DNA from: Chloroflexota bacterium
GTDB lineage: Bacteria > Chloroflexota > UBA11872 > VXOZ01
NCBI GenBank assembly: GCA_965216245.1
Contig: OZ244145.1
Coordinates: 2,449,055 to 2,513,054, forward strand
DNA: 64,000 nucleotides
Reading direction: 5' to 3'
Below, in pieces: positions 9,448 to 19,209 of the stretch (the stretch's first letter is position 1; each line of letters begins with the position of its first letter). A program made the translations under genes and the position numbers. Under the pieces are notes generated by a model, which was given only the letters and a program-made list of their open reading frames with translations, made no database searches and was not told the origin of the DNA.

Positions 9448-10379
9448 TTAGAAGTGACCCTGTTTCAATACCTTGTCCAGGTCAGGGCACTTATCGTCAA
9501 ACATGAGTTGCACACTGTCAACCAGACGTTGGAATACGTCCGCATGGTATCGAGAAGAATTCAGAAAAGTAACGTATTCGCTTCTGTTTTGTTGTCGTTC
9601 TCTCGCGGTCCGATACGCTTGCCGAATACTGGAAGGGATACGTTTGGCTTTCCTCGCAATTAGAACATCATCAATCTGTGTAGACACTATGGAAACTGGG
9701 GACATATCTAGGTAGTCACAGACAAGAAAGTAAAGGGACGACGGTACTGCAATCTTGAGGTCCCGGCTGGTGGCAACTGCTTCTTGAAACATGGTCTTAT
9801 CTAGATTTGTCTTACACTCAATGCACACATATCCGAGATGGGATTCCACGCGCTCACTGTCCTCGAAGTTTTCGTTGAAGGATGTCATGATGTCATTAGG
9901 TAAAGGCGTTTACCAAGAATAAAGTCTTGGTTCTTAGTTCGAAGAGTGGGGCGGCCGCCTGCGCCAGGACTGGTAAGTGACGATGTGAAACTTAGACCAG
10001 CGTACGTATTGCGTGGGCCAAATTCAAGACTTCTGTCTGCCAAGTTCAGTGCTCGGTAAAGCAGTTGAGGCAAAAACTCCTCTAGAATTGTATTGTCTAG
10101 TTTGAGTTGGCCTTTCTGTCTGTAAAGGAAGTCTTCGGGACTGTCGAATACGAGGTCAAGCTCAACAAAGTTCTTATAGTGATTAGTCGCATAGACTAGC
10201 TGCTTGACCGCATCCTTACGTCCAATTTGCACATTCTCAAGCTCGCTAATCCATTGCCTATAGCGTTGCAAAGCCTCGCACACTCTCGATTTATCGGCTT
10301 CAGGTAGTCGTTGATTATTGAGTAGCGCTTTGAGTTTGTCACTGTGTGGCGTTGGCAGGTTTGGCGCAGCGCTACTCAT
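9448..10379 (-). pseudogene. type II restriction endonuclease (PD-(D/E)xK) split into 164-aa and 146-aa ORFs by a +8 frameshift
   Basis: ORF 1 ends '...TKNQDFILGKRLYLMTS*' and ORF 2 starts 'MTSFNENF...LGYVCIECK'. The putative catalytic D and ExK therefore lie in different ORFs. Deleting one copy of the 8-bp duplication restores a single ~307-aa frame. Confidence 0.6.
9881..9896. repeat. exact 8-bp tandem duplication GATGTCAT GATGTCAT at the endonuclease ORF junction
   Basis: Read directly: 9881-9888 equals 9889-9896. On the coding strand this is ATGACATC x2. Confidence 0.95.
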
Positions 10380-11617
10380 GCGGATACTCCCCTTTCCTTC
10401 ACCATCATTACGTCCTTTCTAGACTGGTATTTTTCGTAGGATATTCCGTCAAAATAGGGTGTGCCGGTAATCTCACTAATTTGGGAGACTGCATCGCCAA
10501 GTAGGGCATGATTGTCTTCAGGTACGGTCTTCCGTGCTAAAGCGAGAGCTTGTAGCGCGATATCTCGTCCTAGCTTGGTAGTAGATTCAAAGCCACTTTG
10601 TTGATCGTTTCTCTGCAGATTCAGAATGTCCTCGCGAATCGATGTGCCAAAGCGATTCGTGAATACTCTATGCTGACGAAGAATAACGTCGAACATCCTC
10701 GAACCATGCGCGATTTGCGCAAGAATGTCCGCATTGTAGAACGTGGCACCGAGCACTTTGGATTGATAACCAAGAATCATAATGGCTCGACCGGATGGTT
10801 TTAGAACCCGAGCTAATTCGTGTATCGCATTAGCCATGTCAATGCAGTATTGGACAACAGTGTAGAAGCGATTGCTTCGATTAGCTCGATTAGAGCCTAT
10901 TTCCGATCGCGCAACCCGCAGTAGATTCCAGCCGAGTACTTCTACTGAGCGTCTATAGTTTTGATGGTAATTGAAGACGTTGATATAAGGCGGCGACGTT
11001 AAGACAAAGTCAACAACCTTGTCGTCCAATGGTAAGTTTCTGGCATCCTGAAGGTCTACCTCTATCCTCTGATCTGAATAAGGAAGGTTCCGTACTAACT
11101 TAGATAGAGCCGCGTACTTGCCTTGCACAAAACTATTGGTGACGTGACTGTTGTGAACGTCCAGAATCACTACGAGTGCATTAAGCAGAATCTTCGCAGG
11201 GCGGCTTAGATTCTTACCAATAGACACCACCCTCCGTTCAATGTCTTCAAGCGGCGGCTCATCCTCGCGTGAAATAGTAATCGGAAACTCAGAATTGACT
11301 TGGCGCCGCAGTTCACTTATTGTTGTTTCGCGCTCCATGGGATGCACGTTGGCAATTTCATAGAGCTTGCTGAAACACCAAGCGGAAGGGTTAATCTCGT
11401 ACCCAAAGGCAGCCAGTTTCGCTAAAGCCGCTTCGTGCAACACTGTCCCGCTGCCAGCAAACGGGTCAAGTACCGTTGAGCCAGTGTCACAATAGGCTTT
11501 GAGCAAGTATTCGATTAGCTGAGGAGAAAATTGACCGCGCCAGGGAAACAGATTAGAGCGCCTCTTATCCTCAATGTTTAGCAGCGATTGTGAGAGTGGC
11601 TTAGTAAAGTCCTTCAC
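10376..11617 (-). CDS. N6-adenine/N4-cytosine DNA methyltransferase (motif I before motif IV)
   Basis: 'LDPFAGSGTVLHEAA' (motif I) near residue 50 and 'LTSPPYINVFNY' (motif IV) near residue 205. ATGA overlap with the downstream endonuclease ORF. AT-rich islet. Confidence 0.85.
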   Translation of the reverse strand: MKDFTKPLSQSLLNIEDKRRSNLFPWRGQFSPQLIEYLLKAYCDTGSTVLDPFAGSGTVLHEAALAKLAAFGYEINPSAWCFSKLYEIANVHPMERETTISELRRQVNSEFPITISREDEPPLEDIERRVVSIGKNLSRPAKILLNALVVILDVHNSHVTNSFVQGKYAALSKLVRNLPYSDQRIEVDLQDARNLPLDDKVVDFVLTSPPYINVFNYHQNYRRSVEVLGWNLLRVARSEIGSNRANRSNRFYTVVQYCIDMANAIHELARVLKPSGRAIMILGYQSKVLGATFYNADILAQIAHGSRMFDVILRQHRVFTNRFGTSIREDILNLQRNDQQSGFESTTKLGRDIALQALALARKTVPEDNHALLGDAVSQISEITGTPYFDGISYEKYQSRKDVMMVKERGVSA

Positions 11618-11696
11618 AAGAGTGTCTTCCAGAATTTGCGACCGAAGATAACCGTTCCCAATTATACTATTCCCTAGAGATTGGAGAAGTATTGAG

Positions 11697-12686
11697 ATGA
11701 ACGCTTCTGCGAACGAACAGTCCTATGGCGGGCCGGAACAAGAAATCTTCAAGCACGCGTTCTCCGATCCGATTATCGAGAACGAGATGCTGTATCCGGC
11801 GCTGACGACGCTCGATGACATATACGAGGCTAATGCCACTCTGCTCATGCCGGTCGAGCATTTCTTTACGGCGTACGAGAACCTGGAAATCGAGTCGGCG
11901 GAGTCGCTGGTGCTCGATGGCGGGGCTACGCACCTCTTGCGCGTTACGTACACCCTTGGCGGCGCCACGTATCACGGCTACGCCTATGCGCCTGCCGCCC
12001 CGCAGACGGACCGGCCGGCCTCGCTGATCATCCCTGGGAGCGGTCTCAATTGCTCCGAGCCGATCTACCGCAAAGATCCGGCGAGCTACCACGACGGCAT
12101 AATCGACGCGCTGGGCGAGGGCTTCATGAACTACGTGTTCATTAAGCCTAACGAGGACTGCCTGGCCTTCCACAACGGCGAAGGCAAGGTCAACGTCGCC
12201 TTCTTTGTGAATTGGCTGCTCAACAATGCCACCTCCTACTCCGCGGCGTACGTCGTGAGCGCCATGGCCATCACCAAGTACCTCCAGGGGCGGCATGAAT
12301 CTGTGGTGGTTGCCGGGCTTTCGCAAGGCGGCGGGGCGGCACTGCTCACGTCTCTGCAGTCGCAACCCACGGCCGCGGTCATTGCCTCCGGCTTTTCCGT
12401 AATCATGGAGCGCATCCACTGGTCGGGGCACAACCAGATCATCATCCCCGGCATCGGCCAGGCCTACAGCAATGAGAACGTGCGAGAGAAAATCAAGGCT
12501 TCGCCCACGCAGTTCCTCTTCACCTACGGCAGGCAGGAACACGTGATCTACCGCCTTGAGGCAGAAGAGCACTATAGCTGCGACTTCCTCGCCGACTGCT
12601 CCAATGTGCGCTGCGAATCCCACGACGACGGCCACATCTTTCATGTTGACATAACAAGCGACTTTTTGCGCGGCCTCGGCATGTAA
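11697..12686 (+). CDS. alpha/beta-fold hydrolase (esterase-like)
   Basis: Nucleophile elbow 'GLSQGG' and distal 'HDDGH'. Chosen over the mirror minus-strand ORF 11667..12644. Confidence 0.65.
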   Translation: MNASANEQSYGGPEQEIFKHAFSDPIIENEMLYPALTTLDDIYEANATLLMPVEHFFTAYENLEIESAESLVLDGGATHLLRVTYTLGGATYHGYAYAPAAPQTDRPASLIIPGSGLNCSEPIYRKDPASYHDGIIDALGEGFMNYVFIKPNEDCLAFHNGEGKVNVAFFVNWLLNNATSYSAAYVVSAMAITKYLQGRHESVVVAGLSQGGGAALLTSLQSQPTAAVIASGFSVIMERIHWSGHNQIIIPGIGQAYSNENVREKIKASPTQFLFTYGRQEHVIYRLEAEEHYSCDFLADCSNVRCESHDDGHIFHVDITSDFLRGLGM

Positions 12687-12796
12687 ACGGCTGGTTTAGG
12701 CACGTGCGGAGGCGGCGCTGTGGTCGCATGGGGAAGGCACGGCTAGTTATGACCGGCCCGTATCGTCGCGGCGCAAGGCGATGGGGTTGAACGGCA

Positions 12797-14749
12797 ATGA
12801 GTGCGATAGAGCACTATACAGACGAATGGACTCCCCTCAACCCCGCAATCCTGGAGGCGCACCGACCGGGTTCCAACGCGGTAGTGGCGGCGAATTGCTC
12901 GCCAGCGCAGGCTACGGTAGGAACGTGGCAGTGCGTGGCGATGCGAGTGAGCCTCGGCCCCGAGGGGTTGTGTGAGGGCGATGCCCTGGTCGTGCAGTCT
13001 GCGACGCGCGGCTTGCAGTCCTGGCCGGTGTTGCAGCACCTCATGCCGGCAGAGGCGGGATACACCACTGCCGAGACCGCTTCGGGAAGGCGCGTGACCT
13101 GCGTTGTGGCCGGGCAGCACGTGCGCATGGTCGCGGCAGAGCTGCTTCCCGCCGGAGACACTCTCTGTCTTACGTACGGCGACCGGCGCGCCGGCGGGCC
13201 GGGCATCAAGATGACGCTGGCGGCGCTCCGCCAGTGGTTTCGTATTCTTTACGTGCCGCAGAATGGCGCAGGTGCCCGCGAGGTGGTTGCAAAGCCACCG
13301 TACGTTGACCTGCTGCCGGCGGCGGCGGTCGGTCTGGACGTCTTGGCCCCAAGCCATGCTCGACGAGGAGAGGAATTCACGCTCGTCGTTAAGGCGGTAG
13401 ATGAACATGGCAACACGGTCGCGCCATTGGCCGAACCCGCAGCTATCTCTCCTGTAATTGGCGTCGAGTGCCCTCCCAATATCACCCTAAACGAGTGCGA
13501 TCGCGCTGTTCGACGCACAACCGTACTGCTCACCGAAGAGCTGCCGCCCACCGGGCGGTTGCGCCTCGTCGTTCGCCAACCCAATAGTGGCACCGTAGGA
13601 TTCAGCAATGCGGTGGAGGTGCTCCCCGAAGATAACCCCTCCGACCGCATCTTCTGGGGCGATTTGCATGCGCATACCTCTCACGGCCACGCGTACGGCG
13701 AGATCGAAGACCTCTACCATTACGCGCGCGATGAGGCGCGGCTCGACTTCGTAGCGCATGTGGAGCACTACACGCGCGCGGGCGAGTGGCTGCACCCGTG
13801 GTGGCGGCGGCGCTATCCCGAATGTCAAACGGTTGAAGACTTCGTCCAGCGCTCCTGGCAGGAGCGTCTGGCGCAGGCGCGGAAGTTCGATGCGCCGGGT
13901 CGGTTCGTGCCGTTGCTGGGTTTCGAGTGGGCGCACACCACGGGGCATCTCAACGGCTTCTTCCCCGGTTTGGAGGCGCCGCTTGTCTATCCCACGAGCT
14001 TTCGCGATCCGGCGATGACCCCTGCTCACCTCAAAGCGCTGCTTGCAGGACATGAGTGGTTCGGCGTGCCCCACCATACCGCCTTCCCGCTGGGTCGGGG
14101 TACCTTGGGCGGGTTCCGTTGGGAACTCTTCGATCCTGAGACCATGCCCTGCGTGGAGATTGCGTCCAAGCAAGGGAACGGTGAGTACTTCGGCGCGCCG
14201 TACGCGGCGCTGCCATCGGGAGTAGGGGGCACAATACGCGAGGGGTTGGGAAGAAAACTGCGCTTTGGCTTCGTGGGCGCAACGGATACGAATATCGCGC
14301 GGCCGGGCTCGTTCACGGCCCAGGAAAAACGCCAGCGGCTGCCGGGACTGACGGCGGTGTTTGCGCCTGCCCTGGAGCGTGAGTCGATCTACAACGCAAT
14401 CCGCCAGCGGCGTTGCTACGCTACCCTCGGCGGCAGACCTATCTTACGCTTCTCTATCAACGGCGCGTTCATGGGCGAGTCGTTGCGCTTGGCACGTGCC
14501 GACACCGTGAAGCACATCGTGTGCGACGTAGCCGGCACGGCAGAGCTGGAGCGCGTGGAATTGATCAAGAACGGCGAACCGTTCTTTCAGTTCGTTACCA
14601 CGGACACCGGCGTCCACAACCGCACGTACGACTACCGCGAAGAGTTCCCCGACATGAACCCCAGCCAAGCAGGCGACTACTACTATCTGCGCGTGCAGCA
14701 ATTCGACGGCGCCCTCGCCTGGTCAAGCCCCATCTGGATCGACCTGTAA
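12797..14749 (+). CDS. DUF3604-like (PHP-fold-like) metal-dependent hydrolase
   Basis: 'IFWGDLHAHTSHGH' and 'FVAHVEH', at the size typical of DUF3604 proteins. Confidence 0.65.
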   Translation: MSAIEHYTDEWTPLNPAILEAHRPGSNAVVAANCSPAQATVGTWQCVAMRVSLGPEGLCEGDALVVQSATRGLQSWPVLQHLMPAEAGYTTAETASGRRVTCVVAGQHVRMVAAELLPAGDTLCLTYGDRRAGGPGIKMTLAALRQWFRILYVPQNGAGAREVVAKPPYVDLLPAAAVGLDVLAPSHARRGEEFTLVVKAVDEHGNTVAPLAEPAAISPVIGVECPPNITLNECDRAVRRTTVLLTEELPPTGRLRLVVRQPNSGTVGFSNAVEVLPEDNPSDRIFWGDLHAHTSHGHAYGEIEDLYHYARDEARLDFVAHVEHYTRAGEWLHPWWRRRYPECQTVEDFVQRSWQERLAQARKFDAPGRFVPLLGFEWAHTTGHLNGFFPGLEAPLVYPTSFRDPAMTPAHLKALLAGHEWFGVPHHTAFPLGRGTLGGFRWELFDPETMPCVEIASKQGNGEYFGAPYAALPSGVGGTIREGLGRKLRFGFVGATDTNIARPGSFTAQEKRQRLPGLTAVFAPALERESIYNAIRQRRCYATLGGRPILRFSINGAFMGESLRLARADTVKHIVCDVAGTAELERVELIKNGEPFFQFVTTDTGVHNRTYDYREEFPDMNPSQAGDYYYLRVQQFDGALAWSSPIWIDL

Positions 14750-14851
14750 GGGTGGACGAGCCTCAGCACCTTGCAGTAACGTACTGTGTAAGGCCCAGGC
14801 GGGCGGTCACCCATTCCCCGTGGCACTCAGTCGCAATGCCCTGAGCATCTA

Positions 14852-15457
14852 ATGCCAATCACGAGAAACACCGTTGACGTAACAAAGTTCAATCAGCAGT
14901 TGCAACTGCCCTATGCGCTGCGCGTACAGGACTTTCAGATGGCTATGCAGGATGTTTACGATTTCCTGTATGACGTCAATGCCCATCTCATCGGTAGAGG
15001 ACTGCAACGGCTCGACGACATGTTGCGCCCCGCGATACTATCGGGAGTTTTGTCAGACATGCTGACGGCCAGTCTTGCAAAACACTCCCGAGTGCTCAGT
15101 GAAAACCAATATCACAACGGTCACCCAGACCTCGTTGTCCAAGGAGTCTATGCCCGTAATGCTGTCAAGGCTGGAACGGAGGGTGTGGAGGTGAAGACGA
15201 CGCGGAAGGCAGGGGGAGCTGTTGATACGCACGGGGCGCGCGACCAATGGATGTGTGTCTTTGTCTACCGTGTGGACATGGAGTCCGAACCTGCGATAGA
15301 TCGCCAGCCGATGACATTCACTGAGACCTATCTTGGTCACGTAACCATTGAGGACTTTCGCAAGAATCCGCGAAGTGAGCTTGGGACTCGAACCGCAACG
15401 CTCCATAGGGATGGCATTCGGAAACTCCGTGAAAGCTGGGTTTACCGCTTGGACTGA
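14852..15457 (+). CDS. type II restriction endonuclease candidate (PD-(D/E)xK)
   Basis: 'NGHPDLVVQG...GTEGVEVKTT' (PD...ExK). Convergent with the methyltransferase, with a 16-nt 3' overlap. AT-richer islet. Confidence 0.55.
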   Translation: MPITRNTVDVTKFNQQLQLPYALRVQDFQMAMQDVYDFLYDVNAHLIGRGLQRLDDMLRPAILSGVLSDMLTASLAKHSRVLSENQYHNGHPDLVVQGVYARNAVKAGTEGVEVKTTRKAGGAVDTHGARDQWMCVFVYRVDMESEPAIDRQPMTFTETYLGHVTIEDFRKNPRSELGTRTATLHRDGIRKLRESWVYRLD

Positions 15458-16725
15458 CGCTCATTTGGCGAAAAGCGAATCAGCTTCGGAATTGCAGCGG
15501 TAGCCATGTCAAAGTAGCGTTCATCCTTCTCTACGCCAATGCTTGCATAGCCAAGCATTTCAGCGGCCGCTAAAGTTGACCCTGCACCCGCGAATGGATC
15601 GAGGATGATGCCTTCTCCTAGCGGTAGTACAGACCGTACTAACTGCCGGAGAAAAGACTGTGGCTTCAGGCTTGGGTGAGGGGCTAAGTCACGTTCGGCT
15701 TTGCGCGTGGGTGCCGATACTATCACGTCGCCAAACGGTTTGTCCTGACTAGGTCGGCGAAAGCCACCGGTCTTCCACTGCCGAAGATTGTCCTGCACTC
15801 TGCCTTCAATGGGTTTGCGGTACGTAAGCCACGGCTCCCACATGGAACGGGGCATGACACTAACGCCTGCAAACTCATTGTGGGCCGCTTTCGGGCGGTC
15901 GCCCCCCCGCATCGTCATGGTCAACCGTACAACCTCTCCCCGTCGCTCTAATCCGGCCTCTGCTAGCGCTGCTGACACTAAGTACGAAACAAGGGGGTTG
16001 GACGCCACGATCACATGGGCGCCCGGAACCAGTTTCGGTAGCAGTAGGCGCGCCCACACGAAGAAGAACGCTTCAATGTGCTTGAGTTGCTCATCACTTA
16101 ATGTAGTAAACCGGGGCACTGGAGAGCGAATATGGCCGTCGAATGAGGGCGGAATTCGCCATACGCCGCCTCTTCCCTTGCGGAGTTTGGCTTGCTGCTG
16201 GACCGTATACTCGTGCAGGCCAAACGGGGGATCAGTGACAACAGCGTGAATGCTGGTGTCTGGTTGTTGCTGCAGCCAATCAAAGCAGTCGGCGTGATGC
16301 AGTGTTGCGCGCCCAAATGATACCGGGGCTTTGAGAGCGCGCGTGGCCGGCATCTCCTGTTGTATGGAGGAAGCCGCATCATGGCGGAGCGTGTACACTC
16401 CCCGCTCTTCTCGGGTAAAAAACTGCGGCGTGTTCAATCTTAAATAGGACCTAACGGAGGAATCCTTGACCGGACCGATGACTTGTGATACTCGATCTCC
16501 TATCTCCTTAGCCGTCAGGCCCTTTGAGGTGAACGACATCACCTGAAGTATGCCGTCACGTACTTGTCCGGGTGCACGTCTATTCTGATCCTGTTCCATA
16601 GTATTCACTAGTATGGACGTCTGGACGTCTTTAGTCAAGGGAGGTGTGAGTGCCGTTCCACTCGGTATCGTCGATTGCTCGGCCAAGGTGGCAGCAGGAT
16701 CAGGGTAAAACGACGAATGTCTCAA
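15442..16725 (-). CDS. beta-class N4/N6 DNA methyltransferase with an N-terminal wHTH-like extension
   Basis: 'VVTDPPFGL' (motif IV) precedes 'ILDPFAGAGSTLAAAEMLG' (motif I). The N-terminal ~110 aa ('LTAKEIGDRVSQ...VRSYLRL...GVYTL') look like a winged helix. The start is uncertain: a TTG at 16725 overlaps the ubiA-like stop, and the alternative is the ATG at 16599. Confidence 0.85.
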   Translation of the reverse strand: MRHSSFYPDPAATLAEQSTIPSGTALTPPLTKDVQTSILVNTMEQDQNRRAPGQVRDGILQVMSFTSKGLTAKEIGDRVSQVIGPVKDSSVRSYLRLNTPQFFTREERGVYTLRHDAASSIQQEMPATRALKAPVSFGRATLHHADCFDWLQQQPDTSIHAVVTDPPFGLHEYTVQQQAKLRKGRGGVWRIPPSFDGHIRSPVPRFTTLSDEQLKHIEAFFFVWARLLLPKLVPGAHVIVASNPLVSYLVSAALAEAGLERRGEVVRLTMTMRGGDRPKAAHNEFAGVSVMPRSMWEPWLTYRKPIEGRVQDNLRQWKTGGFRRPSQDKPFGDVIVSAPTRKAERDLAPHPSLKPQSFLRQLVRSVLPLGEGIILDPFAGAGSTLAAAEMLGYASIGVEKDERYFDMATAAIPKLIRFSPNERQSKR

Positions 16726-17590
16726 GGGCGACGAAGACGAAGAACACGGCGGAGAGGGAGCTATTGACGTGGAAGAAGGCGGTGTTGATGCGGGAGAGGT
16801 CGCGGGGGTTTACGAGCAGGTGCTCCCAGGTCAGCAGGGCCGCCGTGGCCGCGATGCCGAGCCAGTAGAACAGGCCGAGACCGAGTAGCAGGCCCACACC
16901 CGCCAAGCACAGAGCGGTGGCTGTGTGGGAAAGGGCGGAGATGATGAGCGCTCCTGGGATGCCGAACCTGGCAGGCACGGAGTAGAGGCCCTCACGCAGG
17001 TCTATGTCGTAGTCCTGGCAGGCGTAGATCATGTCGAAACCCGCCATCCAGGTTACTACGGCCGCTCCCAGGAGCACCGTGCTCCACGCGAATTCCCCGG
17101 TTACCGCAATCCAGCCGCCCATGGGGGCCATGGAGCCGGAAACGCCGAGCGCAAAGTGGCTCAGCCACGTGAAGCGTTTGGTGTAGGAGTAGGCCACCAG
17201 CCAGAAGATTGCCACCGGCGAAAGCAGCGCACAGAGCGGATTGAGCATGGCCGCGGCCAGTACCATTATCGCCAGGGCCACGATGCTTGCGCCCCACATG
17301 AATTGCGGTGTGAGAATCCCCTGGGGCAGGGCGCGAATGGCGGTACGCGGGTTGCGGCTGTCAAGGTGACGGTCGATGATGCGATTGAGCGACATGGCCG
17401 CCGTCCTGCCCGCGGTCATGGCTACCGAGACCCAGATGAACTGCCACAGCGTCGGCAAGCCATCCGCTGCCAATAGCATGGCGAGATAGGCGAACGGCAA
17501 GGTAAACGCCGCGTGTTCGATCTTGATTGCTTCCAGGAACACCGGCACTTTGCGTATGACAGACACCACGGAGGTTGAAGTCGCGCTCAT
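16700..17590 (-). CDS. UbiA-family aromatic polyprenyltransferase (4-hydroxybenzoate polyprenyltransferase-like)
   Basis: 'IKIEHAAFTLPFA' and 'NRIIDRHLDSRNPRT'. Multiple TM segments. Confidence 0.85.
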   Translation of the reverse strand: MSATSTSVVSVIRKVPVFLEAIKIEHAAFTLPFAYLAMLLAADGLPTLWQFIWVSVAMTAGRTAAMSLNRIIDRHLDSRNPRTAIRALPQGILTPQFMWGASIVALAIMVLAAAMLNPLCALLSPVAIFWLVAYSYTKRFTWLSHFALGVSGSMAPMGGWIAVTGEFAWSTVLLGAAVVTWMAGFDMIYACQDYDIDLREGLYSVPARFGIPGALIISALSHTATALCLAGVGLLLGLGLFYWLGIAATAALLTWEHLLVNPRDLSRINTAFFHVNSSLSAVFFVFVALETFVVLP

Positions 17591-17622
17591 GTTATTCCAC
17601 TACCAAGTCCAATTCCATAAGG

Positions 17623-18228
17623 CTATTCGTCTGTTAGCATTTCCTCGAGCAGAGCTTCCATAGTTGCGATCGGCAGCGGGCCGACAAACTTTGCGATGAT
17701 CTTACCGTCCGGCGTGATGAAAAACGTCTCGGGTATGCCGGAAACCCCATACTCAATGGCGATTTTGCCATTTGGATCGGGCCCGCTGGGGTACGTTTGC
17801 CCGAATACTTTGCGGAATTCAGCCGCGGCCTCTTCGGAATCCCAGAGATTTATGCCGAGGATAACAACGCCGCGGTCCACGTAACGTTGATGGGTCTCTT
17901 CCAGCGTTGGCGCTTCGGCGCGGCACGGGGCGCACCAGGAGGCCCAGAAATTGATTACCACCGGTTGGCCGCGAAAGTCACTCAAACGCACCACGCGCCC
18001 GTCGCTGAGCGTCAGCGTAAAGTCCGGCGCGGGGCGGTTATCCATGCGGATGAGTTTCGGCTCCAGGTTGATGCCGGGCGAAAAGCCGGCCAGTTGCCCG
18101 CTCTGCGTGAGCACGTAGAAGAGGAGCGCCAACAGCCCCGATATCATCGCGACAAAGAGCGGAATGAGAATAAACCGCAGCGGTATACTCCGCGGAGCCT
18201 TAGGCGCGCTCACTGCACAGTCTCCCAA
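17623..18228 (-). CDS. membrane-anchored TlpA/ResA-like thiol:disulfide oxidoreductase
   Basis: N-terminal TM helix and 'FWASWCAPC'. Confidence 0.85.
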   Translation of the reverse strand: MGDCAVSAPKAPRSIPLRFILIPLFVAMISGLLALLFYVLTQSGQLAGFSPGINLEPKLIRMDNRPAPDFTLTLSDGRVVRLSDFRGQPVVINFWASWCAPCRAEAPTLEETHQRYVDRGVVILGINLWDSEEAAAEFRKVFGQTYPSGPDPNGKIAIEYGVSGIPETFFITPDGKIIAKFVGPLPIATMEALLEEMLTDE

Positions 18229-19013
18229 ATGTGCTCGATCAGGTAGGGAAGTTCATTGCCGCGGAAGACGGCATTGCGCCCATCGAGACGCTCCTGTCGG
18301 GGAGGGCTGTAGACGCTCTGGTCCCAGATATGCGTGTCCGTGACAGTAACCTGAACTTCATACGGCGGTTGCAGCGCCCAGATCGGGGGGAGAGAGGGAG
18401 AAGCAAGCGCGCCGCGAACCGATTCATCTAGCTCAGCGCGTACCGTGGCGGGAGGGCGCAGCTTGGCAGCTTGAAAGCCAAACCCCCACTTCGTCGTGCA
18501 CGTTCGCACACCCGACAGTAATGACTCCGCCTCGGCGCAGGCGTGATTGTCGCCACTCACCAACACCACAGGTACATTCCGTGTGCCGCACAATGCAGCG
18601 TGGATGCCGATAGTGCCGAGGTCTTGTCCGTTTATCAGGACGCGCTGAATGCTCGGTGCTACTGTTTGACAGAGCACCCCGCCCCAGGCGCCGGCCTTGG
18701 CGGGGTGGCCGAGCAGGACGGCGGCATGCGCGTTGGCAAGCTCGGCAAACCGCACCTGTTGTTGCTCGCCAAAGACATACGTTGCGCCAGGATGCAGCAG
18801 GTCTTCGTGAAACGGCACAAGACCCGTGGCGTCGTGCACAATGACCTCACTTGCGCCCGCCCGCTGCGCTCCGGTGACCGCAGCCTGTATCTCACGCGCC
18901 ATCAACGTGCGCGCTTCATCGTAGAGGAAGGATGCCTCCCCGTGTGGGTCAACCTGGTTGCGGTGTACGACGCCGGCAGTACCGGCGTACAGAGCGATGA
19001 TTACGACTTTCAT
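18210..19013 (-). CDS. peptidase M55 (DppA D-aminopeptidase) family homologue, probably non-catalytic
   Basis: Family-like 'MKVVIIA..G.AGV', 'SEVIVHDATG' and 'VVLVSGDNHACAEAE'. ATG at 19013 preferred over the track start at 19073. Confidence 0.6.
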   Translation of the reverse strand: MKVVIIALYAGTAGVVHRNQVDPHGEASFLYDEARTLMAREIQAAVTGAQRAGASEVIVHDATGLVPFHEDLLHPGATYVFGEQQQVRFAELANAHAAVLLGHPAKAGAWGGVLCQTVAPSIQRVLINGQDLGTIGIHAALCGTRNVPVVLVSGDNHACAEAESLLSGVRTCTTKWGFGFQAAKLRPPATVRAELDESVRGALASPSLPPIWALQPPYEVQVTVTDTHIWDQSVYSPPRQERLDGRNAVFRGNELPYLIEHIWETVQ

Positions 19014-19209
19014 AGGGACATTACTAGCTAGGGACGGTGGATATGTGCAAGAACTGTGCGCTCGACATAGCATTATCCAACGGAGGCGTCAGGCAGATTA
19101 CAGATTCAATTGGATGTAACTGGCACAAGACAAGGGATTACGAGCATGGTTGCGGAAATGCGTGCGGAATTTAGGACCTCCAATGGGCGCGATACACTAG
19201 ACTACACGA

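Noticed and set aside
11667-12644. 325-aa minus-strand ORF mirroring the esterase gene
   Set aside because: It is rich in Arg/Gly/Ala/Val with no motif. The plus-strand frame carries a GxSxG elbow and normal composition. This is a typical antisense shadow ORF of GC-rich DNA.
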